Source: an archaeon | Lineage (GTDB): Archaea; B1Sed10-29; WALL01 | Direction: 5' to 3' | Assembly: GCA_042584585.1 (NCBI GenBank) | Contig: JBHOSQ010000006.1 | Coordinates: 266 to 64,265, forward strand | DNA: 64,000 nt | Part shown: positions 1 through 8,877 of the stretch, one piece after another | Layout: the number at the start of each line of letters is the position of its first letter | How positions within the stretch are numbered: position 1 is the first letter of the stretch | The notes under the pieces: model-generated | What the model was told of the DNA's origin: nothing | Seen by the model: the letters and a program-made list of their open reading frames with translations, nothing else | Database searches by the model: none | Made by a program: the position numbers and the translations under genes

Positions 1-863
1 GCCGTCTTCGGGTGCTCCGCCAAAAACTCTTGGACCTCCGGCACATCCGACACGCCCACAGGCTCTTCCTTGAAGCGAATCTTGTCAAGCACCGCCTCCC
101 ACTCAGCCCCCTGCAACTTGGCTTTCCCGGCCCGCCCGATAATGTCGTCAAAAACACTTATCGGCAAATCATACTCCTTCCCCATGGCGGCCTGTGCCAA
201 GGCCTTGTCGGCAGTCTTTTTGTCGACGAGCCCGAGCTCACGCAGTGCGCCAAGCGACCCCTTCGTGGACACCCGCACCACGGCAACCGTGATTTTGCCG
301 TTCTCGTCCACCACCACCTTGTGGGGGGAGAACGCGTCCGGCACCTCGTTCGAAATAAACACGCCCTTCACTGAATTCGGCTTGAACAATTTTTCGCGTG
401 CGTCACCGACCTCGGAAACAAACTTCTTCTTGAAGCCCTCCATCAGCTTGTTCTGCTTCTTCGAAAGCTCCGGAGAAATGTCTTTGATCGTGTACTTCAG
501 CGAATCGTAAAACTCTTTCCAGTTCTTGTTTGTCCTGGACTTTTGCCTGGAATAGGACAGGATGTCGTACGCCCATTGGCCAGTGCCGCCGCCGAACTCA
601 ACGACGTGAAACTTTTCGTTTTCTTTGAGGCTGCCGCCCTTGCGCATGCCCTTCCACATGTTGAACAATTGGTGCGCAGTGGCCCGCCCGAAATGAGGGC
701 TTATGGCGACGGGCACAGTGCTGAAGTGGGCTGTGCTATTCTGGACTCCAATATCGACCTTCCCGGTCGTGTAATACCCCGTCGGGCCGTACAGCGCCTT
801 GTTGAAATAGTCCTTGAACGTCATGTGGCGCTTGGGGTCAAACTTGGCCAGCTCCTTAGGCAT
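1..863 (-). CDS. SAM-dependent methyltransferase, MidA/NDUFAF7-like (DUF185 family); 3' end lies outside the window
   Basis: My own reverse-complement translation from ATG (863-861) gives MPKELAKFDPKRHMTFKDYFNKALYGPTGYYTTGKVDIG...KFHVVEFGGGTGQWAYDIL. The ALYGPxGYY and VEFGGGTG SAM loop are typical of the family. It is absent from the ORF track because its stop lies left of position 1. The three + strand track ORFs here look antisense. A TATA motif lies about 25 nt upstream. Confidence 0.7.
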   Translation of the reverse strand, partial: MPKELAKFDPKRHMTFKDYFNKALYGPTGYYTTGKVDIGVQNSTAHFSTVPVAISPHFGRATAHQLFNMWKGMRKGGSLKENEKFHVVEFGGGTGQWAYDILSYSRQKSRTNKNWKEFYDSLKYTIKDISPELSKKQNKLMEGFKKKFVSEVGDAREKLFKPNSVKGVFISNEVPDAFSPHKVVVDENGKITVAVVRVSTKGSLGALRELGLVDKKTADKALAQAAMGKEYDLPISVFDDIIGRAGKAKLQGAEWEAVLDKIRFKEEPVGVSDVPEVQEFLAEHPKT

Positions 864-883
864 GCAATAATTAACGCAGAAGA

Positions 884-900
884 GAGATAAAAGGGTTTTT
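884..900 (-). promoter_or_regulatory. BRE/TATA promoter motif (MidA-like gene)
   Basis: The reverse complement is aaaaacccttttatctc, about 25 nt upstream of ATG 863. Confidence 0.6.
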
Positions 901-910
901 GTTGATGGGG

Positions 911-1375
911 CTACTTCTTGCCGTCAAACTCTATCCAATCGAAATTGTCCGGCATTACGCGCCCTAGGTCCTCGGATTCCTTCATGTCTTTTTTAAACTG
1001 TTTTGCGCGGCGTTTCTTGCGCTTCTTTTTGGCCGCGCGATACATTTTGTTGACAAATGTCCCAGCCATTTTTTCTAGTTTGTCGTACGTCTTTTTTTCC
1101 GGGCCCGCCGGAGGAGATATTTTCGGGATGACATCCTGTTTCTTGGCAAACAATTCATCTCTCCGCAAGTACAATTCATTGGCTAACAGGTTTAACACAA
1201 TGTTAGTGTCTATATTAGCCAGCTTACCGATTTTGGCTAGTTCAGGAAAACGACGAAAGCGCTTGTCCCCCTTCGCCCTTTCATTCCATTTGACCTTAAT
1301 CTGCTGATTAAAATACACTCTATGACGAAGGTCTTTATGAGTCATCCTTTTGACGGCGAGGCGATAAGCCCCCAT
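911..1375 (-). CDS. hypothetical K/R-rich protein
   Basis: Track ORF of 154 aa. It ends just upstream of the promoter motif of the next minus-strand gene. The overlapping + ORF 918..1307 is S/L/F-rich and antisense-like. Start is uncertain (1375 or 1345). No domain recognised. Confidence 0.45.
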   Translation of the reverse strand: MGAYRLAVKRMTHKDLRHRVYFNQQIKVKWNERAKGDKRFRRFPELAKIGKLANIDTNIVLNLLANELYLRRDELFAKKQDVIPKISPPAGPEKKTYDKLEKMAGTFVNKMYRAAKKKRKKRRAKQFKKDMKESEDLGRVMPDNFDWIEFDGKK

Positions 1376-1648
1376 GTGCTCGGCGTAATGCCGGAGCTTG
1401 ACTATTTGGACAAGGACGGGAGGGTGAGCCTGGAGTCAATCCATAAGTTCATGCCAAAAGAGTACATTCGTGAAAAGGCTTCGTGGCTCAAAAGGCTCCA
1501 TGAATGCCTTGAGGGCGGGCCTTTGACGCTGGAGGAGTTTGGCAAAAAGTGGGGCGCGAGAAGTGCTTATGAAGCGAATGCCAAGCGCAACATTGAACGC
1601 CACTTGTTTAGTGCCATCAAATGGGAAGACAAGCGCACTAAGAAGTAA
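1337..1648 (+). CDS. hypothetical protein
   Basis: Track ORF 1322..1648. The ATG at 1337 lies about 28 nt after TATA-like ttaaaataca (1306-1315). The stop abuts the next promoter motif. The 5' end overlaps divergent ORF 911..1375, so one of the two starts is probably wrong. Confidence 0.4.
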   Translation: MSHPFDGEAISPHVLGVMPELDYLDKDGRVSLESIHKFMPKEYIREKASWLKRLHECLEGGPLTLEEFGKKWGARSAYEANAKRNIERHLFSAIKWEDKRTKK

Positions 1649-1664
1649 AAGCTTTTATCCCTCC
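1647..1664 (+). promoter_or_regulatory. BRE/TATA promoter motif
   Basis: aaaagcttttatccctcc, with ATG 28 nt after the TATA start. Confidence 0.65.
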
Positions 1665-1681
1665 ATCCCCTTACTCATTCT

Positions 1682-2086
1682 ATGCCCAAGGCAGACCGTG
1701 TTATCGGCGGCACTCGCCGCACGCTGTACACCGGCGGCGGGGGCGTGAGCATCAAGCGCACGCTTACGGACAAGGCTCCCCAGCACGAAAAAATGAAGGC
1801 GTGGGGCAGGAAGCGTGGTGTGGACCCCCAGGAACTAGTTGGTGTTTTAGTGGCCCACTTGACGGGCAAGGAGCTTCATCCCGATGCGAAGGCGCGGGTG
1901 GCGACTGCAAAGGAGCTTGTGGGGGTAGCGCATGAGTTCAGTGGCGTGAGCTTTGAGCTGCAGGACTTCAACAAATTATTGCGGTACGGCGTGGCGATTG
2001 GGAAGCTTGGCGTGAAAAAGGCGCACCCGAACAACGTGTGGCACTTGCCTGGCGAAGAGCCGGTGACGAACCCATTCGCGAAGTAA
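1682..2086 (+). CDS. hypothetical protein
   Basis: Track ORF of 134 aa. The ATG is 28 nt downstream of the consensus promoter motif at 1647-1664. No domain recognised. Confidence 0.6.
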   Translation: MPKADRVIGGTRRTLYTGGGGVSIKRTLTDKAPQHEKMKAWGRKRGVDPQELVGVLVAHLTGKELHPDAKARVATAKELVGVAHEFSGVSFELQDFNKLLRYGVAIGKLGVKKAHPNNVWHLPGEEPVTNPFAK

Positions 2087-2102
2087 AGCCTTTTATCCCT
2101 CC
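2085..2102 (+). promoter_or_regulatory. BRE/TATA promoter motif
   Basis: aaagccttttatccctcc, with ATG 2121 30 nt after the TATA start. Confidence 0.65.
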
Positions 2103-2120
2103 ATTGATTTAGTGCTTGCC

Positions 2121-3095
2121 ATGAAGCTCTTGTCCTTGTTTTCCGTGGTTGTTCTCGTTGTTTTGGGGGGCTGTTTGTGTGATGTTACAGTGGAAGAATA
2201 CAACGAGTTGCAGGCCGAGTTGATTGAGACACAGGCCGAGTTAATCGATGTAGAATACCAGTTGATGGATGCTCAGGAGCCGCCTTACGTAACCATTGAG
2301 GGCAGGAACGTTACGTTTGCGTTCAAAAAGCTTGACGGCGAAGTGGAGAGCTGGGTGTTTCCGTTTGATTCTTATGAGTCAAGCTATAACCGGGGGTATG
2401 ACTACCGGGAGGCCGGGCCTGAGTACTTGAAGGCGTACGGGGAGAGGATGCTGAGCGAAAACAACATGTGTGAAATGGATACAAAGGTGTCAGTGTCGTC
2501 GTGTAATTACGCCGCTGTCCTGGGCGGGAATGTTGATTGCGTACAAAGAAAAATAGATAGGGATGCGCATTGCAAGAAAATGGCCGAGATACAGATGATG
2601 ACGTATAGATACATCGAAAAAACGCGGACAATCCCGATAATGGATCTGAATTATGCGGGTAAGCAGACGTACACTCTCAACTTTTCGCTGTTTGTTGAGG
2701 GGTATATGTTCGAGAACGTTATTCCTCCGCTGTACGAGGAAGCGGGGAGTGACGAGGAATTCATTAAAGAAGTGTTTAACATAGTCCAGCAAATCACGAC
2801 TTATGTTTTGGACATAGGGGACACGCCTCGTTATTCGCTTGAGACGTTGACTGGGGCGGGTGGCGACTGTGAGGACAGCTCTATTCTTATGGCCAGCATG
2901 CTTAGGGCGGCAAGCCCGGATTGGATTGTTCAGCTTGTTTACTTGGACGCGGATAACCCGCTTGACCCACAAACCATGAATCACGTGATTGTCTACGTCG
3001 ACACGGGGACTTATTCGAGGTACGTCGAGACCACGGCAAAAACATACTATGATTATTACCCCGACGGCGTGAACGGCTGGATAGTTGAGGTCTAA
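2121..3095 (+). CDS. secreted lipoprotein with transglutaminase-like cysteine-protease core
   Basis: ATG 2121 is 30 nt after the TATA. N-terminus MKLLSLFSVVVLVVLGGC is a lipobox-like signal. The C-terminal GGDCEDSSILMASMLRA...NHVIVYVDTG fits the Cys-His-Asp transglutaminase-like core. Confidence 0.65.
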   Translation: MKLLSLFSVVVLVVLGGCLCDVTVEEYNELQAELIETQAELIDVEYQLMDAQEPPYVTIEGRNVTFAFKKLDGEVESWVFPFDSYESSYNRGYDYREAGPEYLKAYGERMLSENNMCEMDTKVSVSSCNYAAVLGGNVDCVQRKIDRDAHCKKMAEIQMMTYRYIEKTRTIPIMDLNYAGKQTYTLNFSLFVEGYMFENVIPPLYEEAGSDEEFIKEVFNIVQQITTYVLDIGDTPRYSLETLTGAGGDCEDSSILMASMLRAASPDWIVQLVYLDADNPLDPQTMNHVIVYVDTGTYSRYVETTAKTYYDYYPDGVNGWIVEV

Positions 3096-3105
3096 GCCAC
3101 GGGAT

Positions 3106-3124
3106 AAAAAGCCTTTTATCTCTC
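3106..3124 (+). promoter_or_regulatory. BRE/TATA promoter motif
   Basis: aaaaagccttttatctctc, with ATG 3143 29 nt after the TATA start. Confidence 0.65.
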
Positions 3125-3142
3125 TTCTGCATTAATTAGTGT

Positions 3143-3883
3143 ATGGCGGGCAAGCTTAAGAAACGGGCCGGGAAAAAGCTCAAGGAGCTAGGCACGGGGT
3201 TCAAGCTTCGGTTCCGCAGGGGTTTCAAGCCAAAAAACGTGCGCGAGGCAGTGGTGGCCAAGCACCATCTTGAGGGCAGTATTGCGTTCAAGAAGAGGAT
3301 AGGTGAGCTCCTCGTCAAGCACAAGAGCGAGTTGGCAAACGGCATTGTGCCCAAGGCCATAACTGACTTTATTGGCGAGCAAAATGCGCCGGGCTCCAAG
3401 GACTTTCCGGGCAAGCACTTCTTGAACTTCTACGTGAACTCTGATACTGGGAAAGTAACGTTTCACCCTGCGGCAAGAGTAGTTGCAGAGGCATTTACTT
3501 ACGGCCAATACTTCATGTACTACAACTTGCATGACATTCCTCCAATAGCCTCGGAGCCCGCGCCAATGCAGGTTCTCCGTTACGGCCTTGCACTCTCCGG
3601 GTTTTTTGTGCCGGAATTGGCTGCGGGCACTTACGCGGCGAGTAAGCGCACGATTAGTGGGGCGAAAAAGGTGCACGGCAAGTTGGTTGACACAGCAATT
3701 AACCACAACCAGAAGTTGATTGACGCGCACGAGGCCAAGCTTTCTGAAGTAAAGGCGTTCATCAAGAAGTCGATGGAAGCGGACGAACGGCGTACCCAGA
3801 AAAAAATTGAGGATGCAGAGCGTGAGATTCTTGAGGCTGTAAGGGTCTTCAAACAAGGCAGGAAGGCCTTGCGCGCGGCATAA
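3143..3883 (+). CDS. hypothetical protein
   Basis: Track ORF of 246 aa. The ATG is 29 nt downstream of the promoter motif at 3106-3124. No domain recognised. Confidence 0.6.
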   Translation: MAGKLKKRAGKKLKELGTGFKLRFRRGFKPKNVREAVVAKHHLEGSIAFKKRIGELLVKHKSELANGIVPKAITDFIGEQNAPGSKDFPGKHFLNFYVNSDTGKVTFHPAARVVAEAFTYGQYFMYYNLHDIPPIASEPAPMQVLRYGLALSGFFVPELAAGTYAASKRTISGAKKVHGKLVDTAINHNQKLIDAHEAKLSEVKAFIKKSMEADERRTQKKIEDAEREILEAVRVFKQGRKALRAA

Positions 3884-3893
3884 AACTTGTTAT

Positions 3894-3979
3894 CGCCTGA
3901 AACTCAGGCGGCACGTCGGGACTGGACGTTGACTTGGGTCAACGTCGGGCCACGCGGGGCACAAGGCCCCGCAGAGGCA
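3894..3979 (+). repeat. H element copy A (long form with internal 22-bp palindrome)
   Basis: cgcctgaAACtcaggcg-GCACGT..-gacgttgacTTGGgtcaacgtc-..gcggggcACAAggccccgc-AGAGGCA. Confidence 0.8.
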
Positions 3980-4010
3980 TGAAAAGGCTTAAATCTATCC
4001 CCCCGGGACA

Positions 4011-4031
4011 GGAAAAGGCTTTTATCCCTCC
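4011..4031 (+). promoter_or_regulatory. consensus promoter motif without an adjacent ORF (orphan)
   Basis: ggaaaaggcttttatccctcc. The next credible ATG (4183) is about 160 nt away and has its own TATA-like ttactatatgg. Confidence 0.45.
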
Positions 4032-4182
4032 GCCGCAGTATCCATCGTGAAAAAGGACAGGCGCCACGACTTAAGGAAGCGAATGCTGGGGACCCGCCAT
4101 TGATTTTCTTGGGCGGGCGCACACGGCATTATCCTAAAATGTTACTATATGGATTTAAACCAGAAAATACAGAGAGTTATGT

Positions 4183-6366
4183 ATGAAACCTTGGTCAGTG
4201 TTTCTACTTGTTTTTTTGATGAGTGTTTTTGCTATTAGCCCGAGCACAATGGATTGGGCCGATTATGGTGAGCAAGAGGGAGAAACTTATTACGAGTGGC
4301 ATGTTGCTGATTCCCAGACCGATGAGAATCAGTGTGACCTTGACTTTAGCTCCCAGTCTGGAAATAGCGCGAGAAGCCCGGTCGCAGTCACCTCGGGCAA
4401 GCTGTACATAGACGGAGAGTTGATAGCAAGTGCGGACGGCTACTGGGATGATTTTCCCACCGAAAAACTCCAAAAGTTTTGTGGAGGTGTACACCGAATT
4501 GTCTTCAAGTCATCAGGTTACCAAGATTATGAGCGCGATGTCCTCATCCGCTGCTTCAGGGACGAGAGGTACAGCCGCAACGAACTTACTTTAATTAAGA
4601 ATGGGGTGAGCCAAGCCAAAAACAGTTTGAAGGAGGTGTACATAGACAAATGGGATTTGTCTCCGGTAGTGGGCTCAAAATTATTTGTGGATGAACGTTT
4701 TGTGGGCACTACCGGTTCGAGCGGAGAAATTACTTATTCGGTTTATTGCCCAGCAGCAAATAAGTTTATGATTAGTGGTACCCACTGGTCGAGTTCGATG
4801 GGTTCAGTATGCCCTAAAGCGAGTAAAGGGCTTTTTGAGAGCCAGTTCCCAAACAATTTCGCCAAGTCATCAGCAAAATCTCTTTCTGATTTCCCTGAAT
4901 GGGCTAAAAAAGATGTCACTTTGATTGCTATTGACGCCAACACTGGCAAACGGCTTTCTGATGTTGTTGTTGCCATTGACGGCAAGTTGGTTGGAGTTAC
5001 TGACCAATCCGGTGTTTTGGGTACAGGCCTCCCCGATTGCTCAAAAGGCGACATCACTGTAAAAGGGGTTAAGGAGGGGTATCTTGACAAAACACGAAAA
5101 GTGTTTAAGACCTTCGACTGTGCGGATTGTTACGGGCAAGAATATTGTTTGTATTCGCATCCATTATGGCAGTCAGAGGAAATTCCTGAAGAATTCGACC
5201 ATGAGCCACTAAGTTTTAGGCGTACCGTGCACTTGCTCCGTATGGCTCCGGCACTCCCATGCACAAGTGGTCTTGACTGCCCGAGCGAATTGCTCTGCGG
5301 TGAGGACGGGTTCTGCCATGAGCCCGAAGGAAATGTGGCAAAGCTTAACAAAACAGTTGAGCTTAACGAAACAGTTGAGCTTAACGAAACAATCGAAGAC
5401 AACTGCACAGCTCCTGAGTTTTGGTGCGAGCAGAAGCAGGAGTGCACCTCAAGCGAGCTCGCGTGCTATTGGGACTATAAACTGGAGAGCCCGTGCACAG
5501 CGGGATGGCCTGCGCACCAGGGCTCGACGAAGCACGTAAAGATTAATGTATTTGATTTTGGCTACCCCCCGAACCACGTCCACGGCTGTGACCTCTACGA
5601 AGTAAAGGATAGCGCCCTGCAGGGCATCGTGGACGAGGCACTGGACTGTTGCCTCAATGGATGTGGACCGCACTGTCAAAGCAGTTGTGCTGACAACAGG
5701 GCTAATTCTGCTGCCGATGAGTTCAAGGCGAATATAACCCTCAAGACTTGTGCCGGGTATTATTTGATAGATGGGCTGGGCCGGGAAAAACAGACAATGA
5801 GGGGCTACTACACTCCTGAAGTAAACTGTGCAAAGGGCACCACTGGCTATGGCACGAGTTGGGATTGCGGCAAAAGCCCCCAAAAATCATTCCCGAATGC
5901 GGTGGAGATGGTTTGTGAAAGGGAGCACAGGGGCGATGACGGCGAATTCACCAATCCACTGGGGTGGGCAGATAATACGGACATGTCCAAAAACAGCTGC
6001 GTGCTTTCCCCGCTGCCGGCGCATGCAAGCGTGTTTGATTTGAATACCGGCACGTGTTATGATTATTCCCTCGTGCTCACAACCCTTCTCAGAATGGCAG
6101 GTTATTCAGCTGATGAAGTTTATTCGGTCCACCAGGGCGACCACGTTTGGAATATAGTTAAATTCCCAGTTGACTACAAGTGGACTTTTGTGGACACCAC
6201 CGGGAATATACCAACCCCGTTCAAAAGGGGGGGTCTGCCGGGCGCTTCCTTCGATTACTGTGGCACTTATCCCTACGCAGAATGTGAGAATGACGGGGGG
6301 TACAGCCTAAGCTGTCCAGCAATAAATTCAGTTTGGGGTTGTGCAGACATTAGGGGGGTGGTTTAA
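4183..6366 (+). CDS. large secreted Cys-rich protein with C-terminal transglutaminase-like domain
   Basis: 727 aa with signal peptide MKPWSVFLLVFLMSVFA and many Cys. Has a tandem LNKTVE/LNETVE/LNETIE repeat. C-terminal GTCYDYSLVLTTLLRMAGY...GDHVWNIV...FVDTTG matches a Cys-His-Asp core. Confidence 0.7.
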   Translation: MKPWSVFLLVFLMSVFAISPSTMDWADYGEQEGETYYEWHVADSQTDENQCDLDFSSQSGNSARSPVAVTSGKLYIDGELIASADGYWDDFPTEKLQKFCGGVHRIVFKSSGYQDYERDVLIRCFRDERYSRNELTLIKNGVSQAKNSLKEVYIDKWDLSPVVGSKLFVDERFVGTTGSSGEITYSVYCPAANKFMISGTHWSSSMGSVCPKASKGLFESQFPNNFAKSSAKSLSDFPEWAKKDVTLIAIDANTGKRLSDVVVAIDGKLVGVTDQSGVLGTGLPDCSKGDITVKGVKEGYLDKTRKVFKTFDCADCYGQEYCLYSHPLWQSEEIPEEFDHEPLSFRRTVHLLRMAPALPCTSGLDCPSELLCGEDGFCHEPEGNVAKLNKTVELNETVELNETIEDNCTAPEFWCEQKQECTSSELACYWDYKLESPCTAGWPAHQGSTKHVKINVFDFGYPPNHVHGCDLYEVKDSALQGIVDEALDCCLNGCGPHCQSSCADNRANSAADEFKANITLKTCAGYYLIDGLGREKQTMRGYYTPEVNCAKGTTGYGTSWDCGKSPQKSFPNAVEMVCEREHRGDDGEFTNPLGWADNTDMSKNSCVLSPLPAHASVFDLNTGTCYDYSLVLTTLLRMAGYSADEVYSVHQGDHVWNIVKFPVDYKWTFVDTTGNIPTPFKRGGLPGASFDYCGTYPYAECENDGGYSLSCPAINSVWGCADIRGVV

Positions 6367-7059
6367 ATGAAAACCGCATTTTTGTTGATACTGTTTTTAG
6401 GGCTTTGTTCTGCCCAGTTGGTTGTTACACAGAGCGCACCTGCTACAGCTACAACTGGTGAAGCCATAACCGTGGACATAGTCGTTGAGAATGTCGGTAA
6501 TGAAATAGTTGATGTAGTTCTTGAGCAGATGGTAGGATACACCCCCCTCGAGCCCGAGCCGCAGGACCTGGGCATTGAAGGCTTTGTCACACCCCTCTAT
6601 TACCAGTGGGAATTCACACTCGCTCCTGGCGATAACTCAAAGGTTTTTTTCAGGGAGCGGCTGGACCATGCCTACAATTCTTATGTTGTTGGGTCTGCTG
6701 TTGCTTATGTTGGCGGCGAGACTTACGAGTCGAATTCCATTCGTATCGAAATAAGCTGCAACGCCAACGGAGTTTGCGAGTTTGAGGAAGGGGAACAGGC
6801 AATCAACTGCCCGCAGGATTGTGCAGGCGGTTCAGAGGATTTTTTATGCTTACCTGTTGAGGACGGGGTTTGCGATCCCGATTGTGCCAAAACAACGGAG
6901 GGCTGGGACCCTGACTGCACCGAAGAGGATTCGGGGGAGAATAGCACCTCTGGCGATAAAACCAACTACGTTTTGGTTGCGTTAGTTTTGGCTATAGGAC
7001 TAGGTGCCTTGTTAGCCGTTAAAAAGGGGATAATCCCTAACTTGCTGGAGCGGCGTTGA
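6367..7059 (+). CDS. cell-surface protein (signal peptide, Cys-rich stalk, C-terminal TM anchor)
   Basis: The start follows the stop of the upstream gene directly (taaATG). Signal MKTAFLLILFLGLCSA. Cys-rich segment CPQDCAGG...CDPDCAK...DPDC. C-terminal hydrophobic anchor NYVLVALVLAIGLGALLAV. Confidence 0.65.
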   Translation: MKTAFLLILFLGLCSAQLVVTQSAPATATTGEAITVDIVVENVGNEIVDVVLEQMVGYTPLEPEPQDLGIEGFVTPLYYQWEFTLAPGDNSKVFFRERLDHAYNSYVVGSAVAYVGGETYESNSIRIEISCNANGVCEFEEGEQAINCPQDCAGGSEDFLCLPVEDGVCDPDCAKTTEGWDPDCTEEDSGENSTSGDKTNYVLVALVLAIGLGALLAVKKGIIPNLLERR

Positions 7060-7094
7060 ATTGGCTGAACCGGGTCACGAGGGCAGAGCTTTAA

Positions 7095-7154
7095 ATGCCT
7101 ACCTGGAGCCACTCCCGCATTTCGACTTACGAGTCCTGCCCCCTGAAATTCTTC
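7095..7154 (+). pseudogene. orphan 5' fragment (20 codons) of the Cas4-like nuclease gene
   Basis: ATGCCTACCTGGAGCCACTCCCGCATTTCGACTTACGAGTCCTGCCCCCTGAAATTCTTC. It differs from 22658-22717 at 4 positions, all synonymous. Confidence 0.85.
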
Positions 7155-7163
7155 TTAACGGTG

Positions 7164-7985
7164 TCAAAACAGCGTACCGCGTTCCTCGGAGTATACTTGG
7201 CCGTTGTGATGTAGTTTTACGGTGATTGTTCCCATTGGAAAAACACCGGTGGGTTGTTTGTCGTATGGAGCCCTTACCCCGTATCCAAATAGAGTGCTAT
7301 ACTTTTCTGGGTTTAGTTGTATGCCTTTGGCGTCAATAACCGTGTCTGTTACCGTGTACGGGTTGGAGTTGGCGTCAAATTTAGTGGCTTCTGTTATAGC
7401 CAAAACATCTACTGTGCCATCCACCTCCATCATGTTGTCCTGCGCGTCATATGCCCTTAAGTCAAACTCAAGCCCGTCATCTTCCGAATCACTGTCCCAG
7501 TTCTTGCTTATTGGTGTTGATACAGAGATGTATTGCACAACCGGCGTGGGTTCGGGGGTTGGTTCTGCGGTTGGCTCCGGCGTTGGCGTGGGTTCGGGGG
7601 TTGGCTCAACCGTTGGTTCGGGGGTGGGCGTTGTGGTTGGAGTGCGTGTGTAGTTAGTGGAATAGATATTGTCGGAGAAGTATTGTGTGATGCCATTAGT
7701 GTCTGTCGCAGTCACCTTGATGTTGTGTACTCCTTCTGGGTACTGCTTGTCTTCGATAAGCTTTTCGCCTGGACTAAGGCTTGTTGTTTTTCCGTCGTCG
7801 AGGTCAACAACACAGCCCGTTGATTGTTCTGAATTCACGCAGTCCACTTCAATGTGCACGTTGAGGGGCGCGGGCCCGATTGTGTCATTGATGGCCAGTA
7901 TTGCTAGCTCAACTGTCGCGGGTGTGTCGTCAATACACCCCGCCAGTATGACAAGCGCCATGATCGCGAACAAAACCAACTTCAT
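7164..7985 (-). CDS. lipoprotein with PKD/Ig-like domain and Pro/Thr/Glu-rich linker
   Basis: Start taken at MKLVLFAIMALVILAGC (lipobox), about 25 nt after the minus-strand TATA in 8005-8025. Linker TPTTTPTPEPTVEPTPEPTPTPEPT. The track ORF extends to 8045. Confidence 0.65.
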   Translation of the reverse strand: MKLVLFAIMALVILAGCIDDTPATVELAILAINDTIGPAPLNVHIEVDCVNSEQSTGCVVDLDDGKTTSLSPGEKLIEDKQYPEGVHNIKVTATDTNGITQYFSDNIYSTNYTRTPTTTPTPEPTVEPTPEPTPTPEPTAEPTPEPTPVVQYISVSTPISKNWDSDSEDDGLEFDLRAYDAQDNMMEVDGTVDVLAITEATKFDANSNPYTVTDTVIDAKGIQLNPEKYSTLFGYGVRAPYDKQPTGVFPMGTITVKLHHNGQVYSEERGTLF

Positions 7986-8004
7986 GACGCTAGAAACGTG
8001 CTTT

Positions 8005-8025
8005 GGAAATAAAAACCCTTTTATC
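8005..8025. promoter_or_regulatory. near-palindromic bidirectional TATA motif
   Basis: ggaaataaaaacccttttatc. The minus-strand TATA serves gene 7164..7985. The plus-strand TATA abuts H hairpin 1. Confidence 0.55.
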
Positions 8026-8080
8026 AGCTTAAACTCAGCTGGCACGTTAGGCTTAGGGGCCTTCAGGCCCCTAGAGACAG
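8025..8080 (+). repeat. H element copy C
   Basis: cagcttaAACtcagctg-GCACGTTAGGCTT-aggggccTTCAggcccct-AGAGACAG. Its 3' end overlaps the last codons of minus-strand gene 8071..8514. Confidence 0.8.
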
Positions 8081-8514
8081 ACGCATTCCAACTGATTCTT
8101 TATCTCGTTACAAGCCAGCGAGAAATGTGTTTTGTCTTGTGTTAGGCACAAGTCTCTGCAGGAAGCTTCGACGGTGTCTTTTGTTTCTTGGGTGCCGTAC
8201 TCGTAGTAAGAACAGTACTTCGGGAGGTCATGCCACGCTGGCGGTGGCGGAGTGGGGGTTGGTGTTGGTTCTGGCGTTGGAATTGGCGTGGCTATAGGAA
8301 CTATAGTAACCACTGGGATGGGTGGAAGAGGCGTAGGAATTGGCTGTGGAGTTGGTGTAGCAAGAAACTGGTTTACGGTTCCAATTATTTGGCTTCCGTA
8401 CATTGGCCACACTATAAATGCAGACCCAGCCACCAAAAACAGCAAGAGGATTAAGATTAACCAGTTTTGCACTTTTACTAGAACATCCTCGTATATTGGC
8501 TTTGGGTTAGACAT
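8071..8514 (-). CDS. membrane-anchored protein with PT-rich linker and Cys-rich C-terminus
   Basis: 147 aa with an N-terminal TM (WLILILLLFLVAGSAFIVW) and linker PTPQPIPTPLPP...PTPEPTPTPTPPP. The C-terminus has 6 Cys. A minus-strand promoter aaagcttttatcagg lies upstream. Confidence 0.6.
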   Translation of the reverse strand: MSNPKPIYEDVLVKVQNWLILILLLFLVAGSAFIVWPMYGSQIIGTVNQFLATPTPQPIPTPLPPIPVVTIVPIATPIPTPEPTPTPTPPPPAWHDLPKYCSYYEYGTQETKDTVEASCRDLCLTQDKTHFSLACNEIKNQLECVCL

Positions 8515-8570
8515 ACAACTCTATTAGATTCTCCATTCCCTGATAAAAGCTTTACCTAACACCCACACAG

Positions 8571-8655
8571 CAGCTGAAACTCAGCCCAGACGAGAATCCG
8601 TTGGGATTCACGTCATGGCACGTTGTCCGTGACCCATACGGAGCCAGCGGACTAA
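8571..8655 (+). repeat. H element copy D (GTCCG...CGGAC subtype, with ~30-nt insertion after hairpin 1)
   Basis: cagctgaaactcagc + insert (gaatccGTTGggattc) + GGCACGTTGTCCGTgacccatacggagccAGCGGACTAA. Confidence 0.65.
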
Positions 8656-8680
8656 TCCATCCATTCGGCTTGCCTGGGGC

Positions 8681-8857
8681 TTACTCACTTGGGTAAACGC
8701 TTACTTCTTTCCTAGGGGTGTGCATAACGTTTGTTGACCCACATTCGCTGCACTTCAGACCCACCCGTTTTTTTGACTTGAACATGTTCCCACATTCCCT
8801 GCAGGTGTGTACGTCTTCGTCCATAATGTCCATACGGTTATTGGGGGCAAGAAGCAT
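8681..8857 (-). CDS. small zinc-ribbon protein
   Basis: CRECG...CSECG (CxxC-x15-CxxC). Start trimmed to MLLAPNN to avoid overlap with the upstream gene that ends at 8878. An alternative start is at 8833. Confidence 0.5.
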   Translation of the reverse strand: MLLAPNNRMDIMDEDVHTCRECGNMFKSKKRVGLKCSECGSTNVMHTPRKEVSVYPSE

Positions 8858-8877
8858 AAAATGGTTTATGTGTGAGG

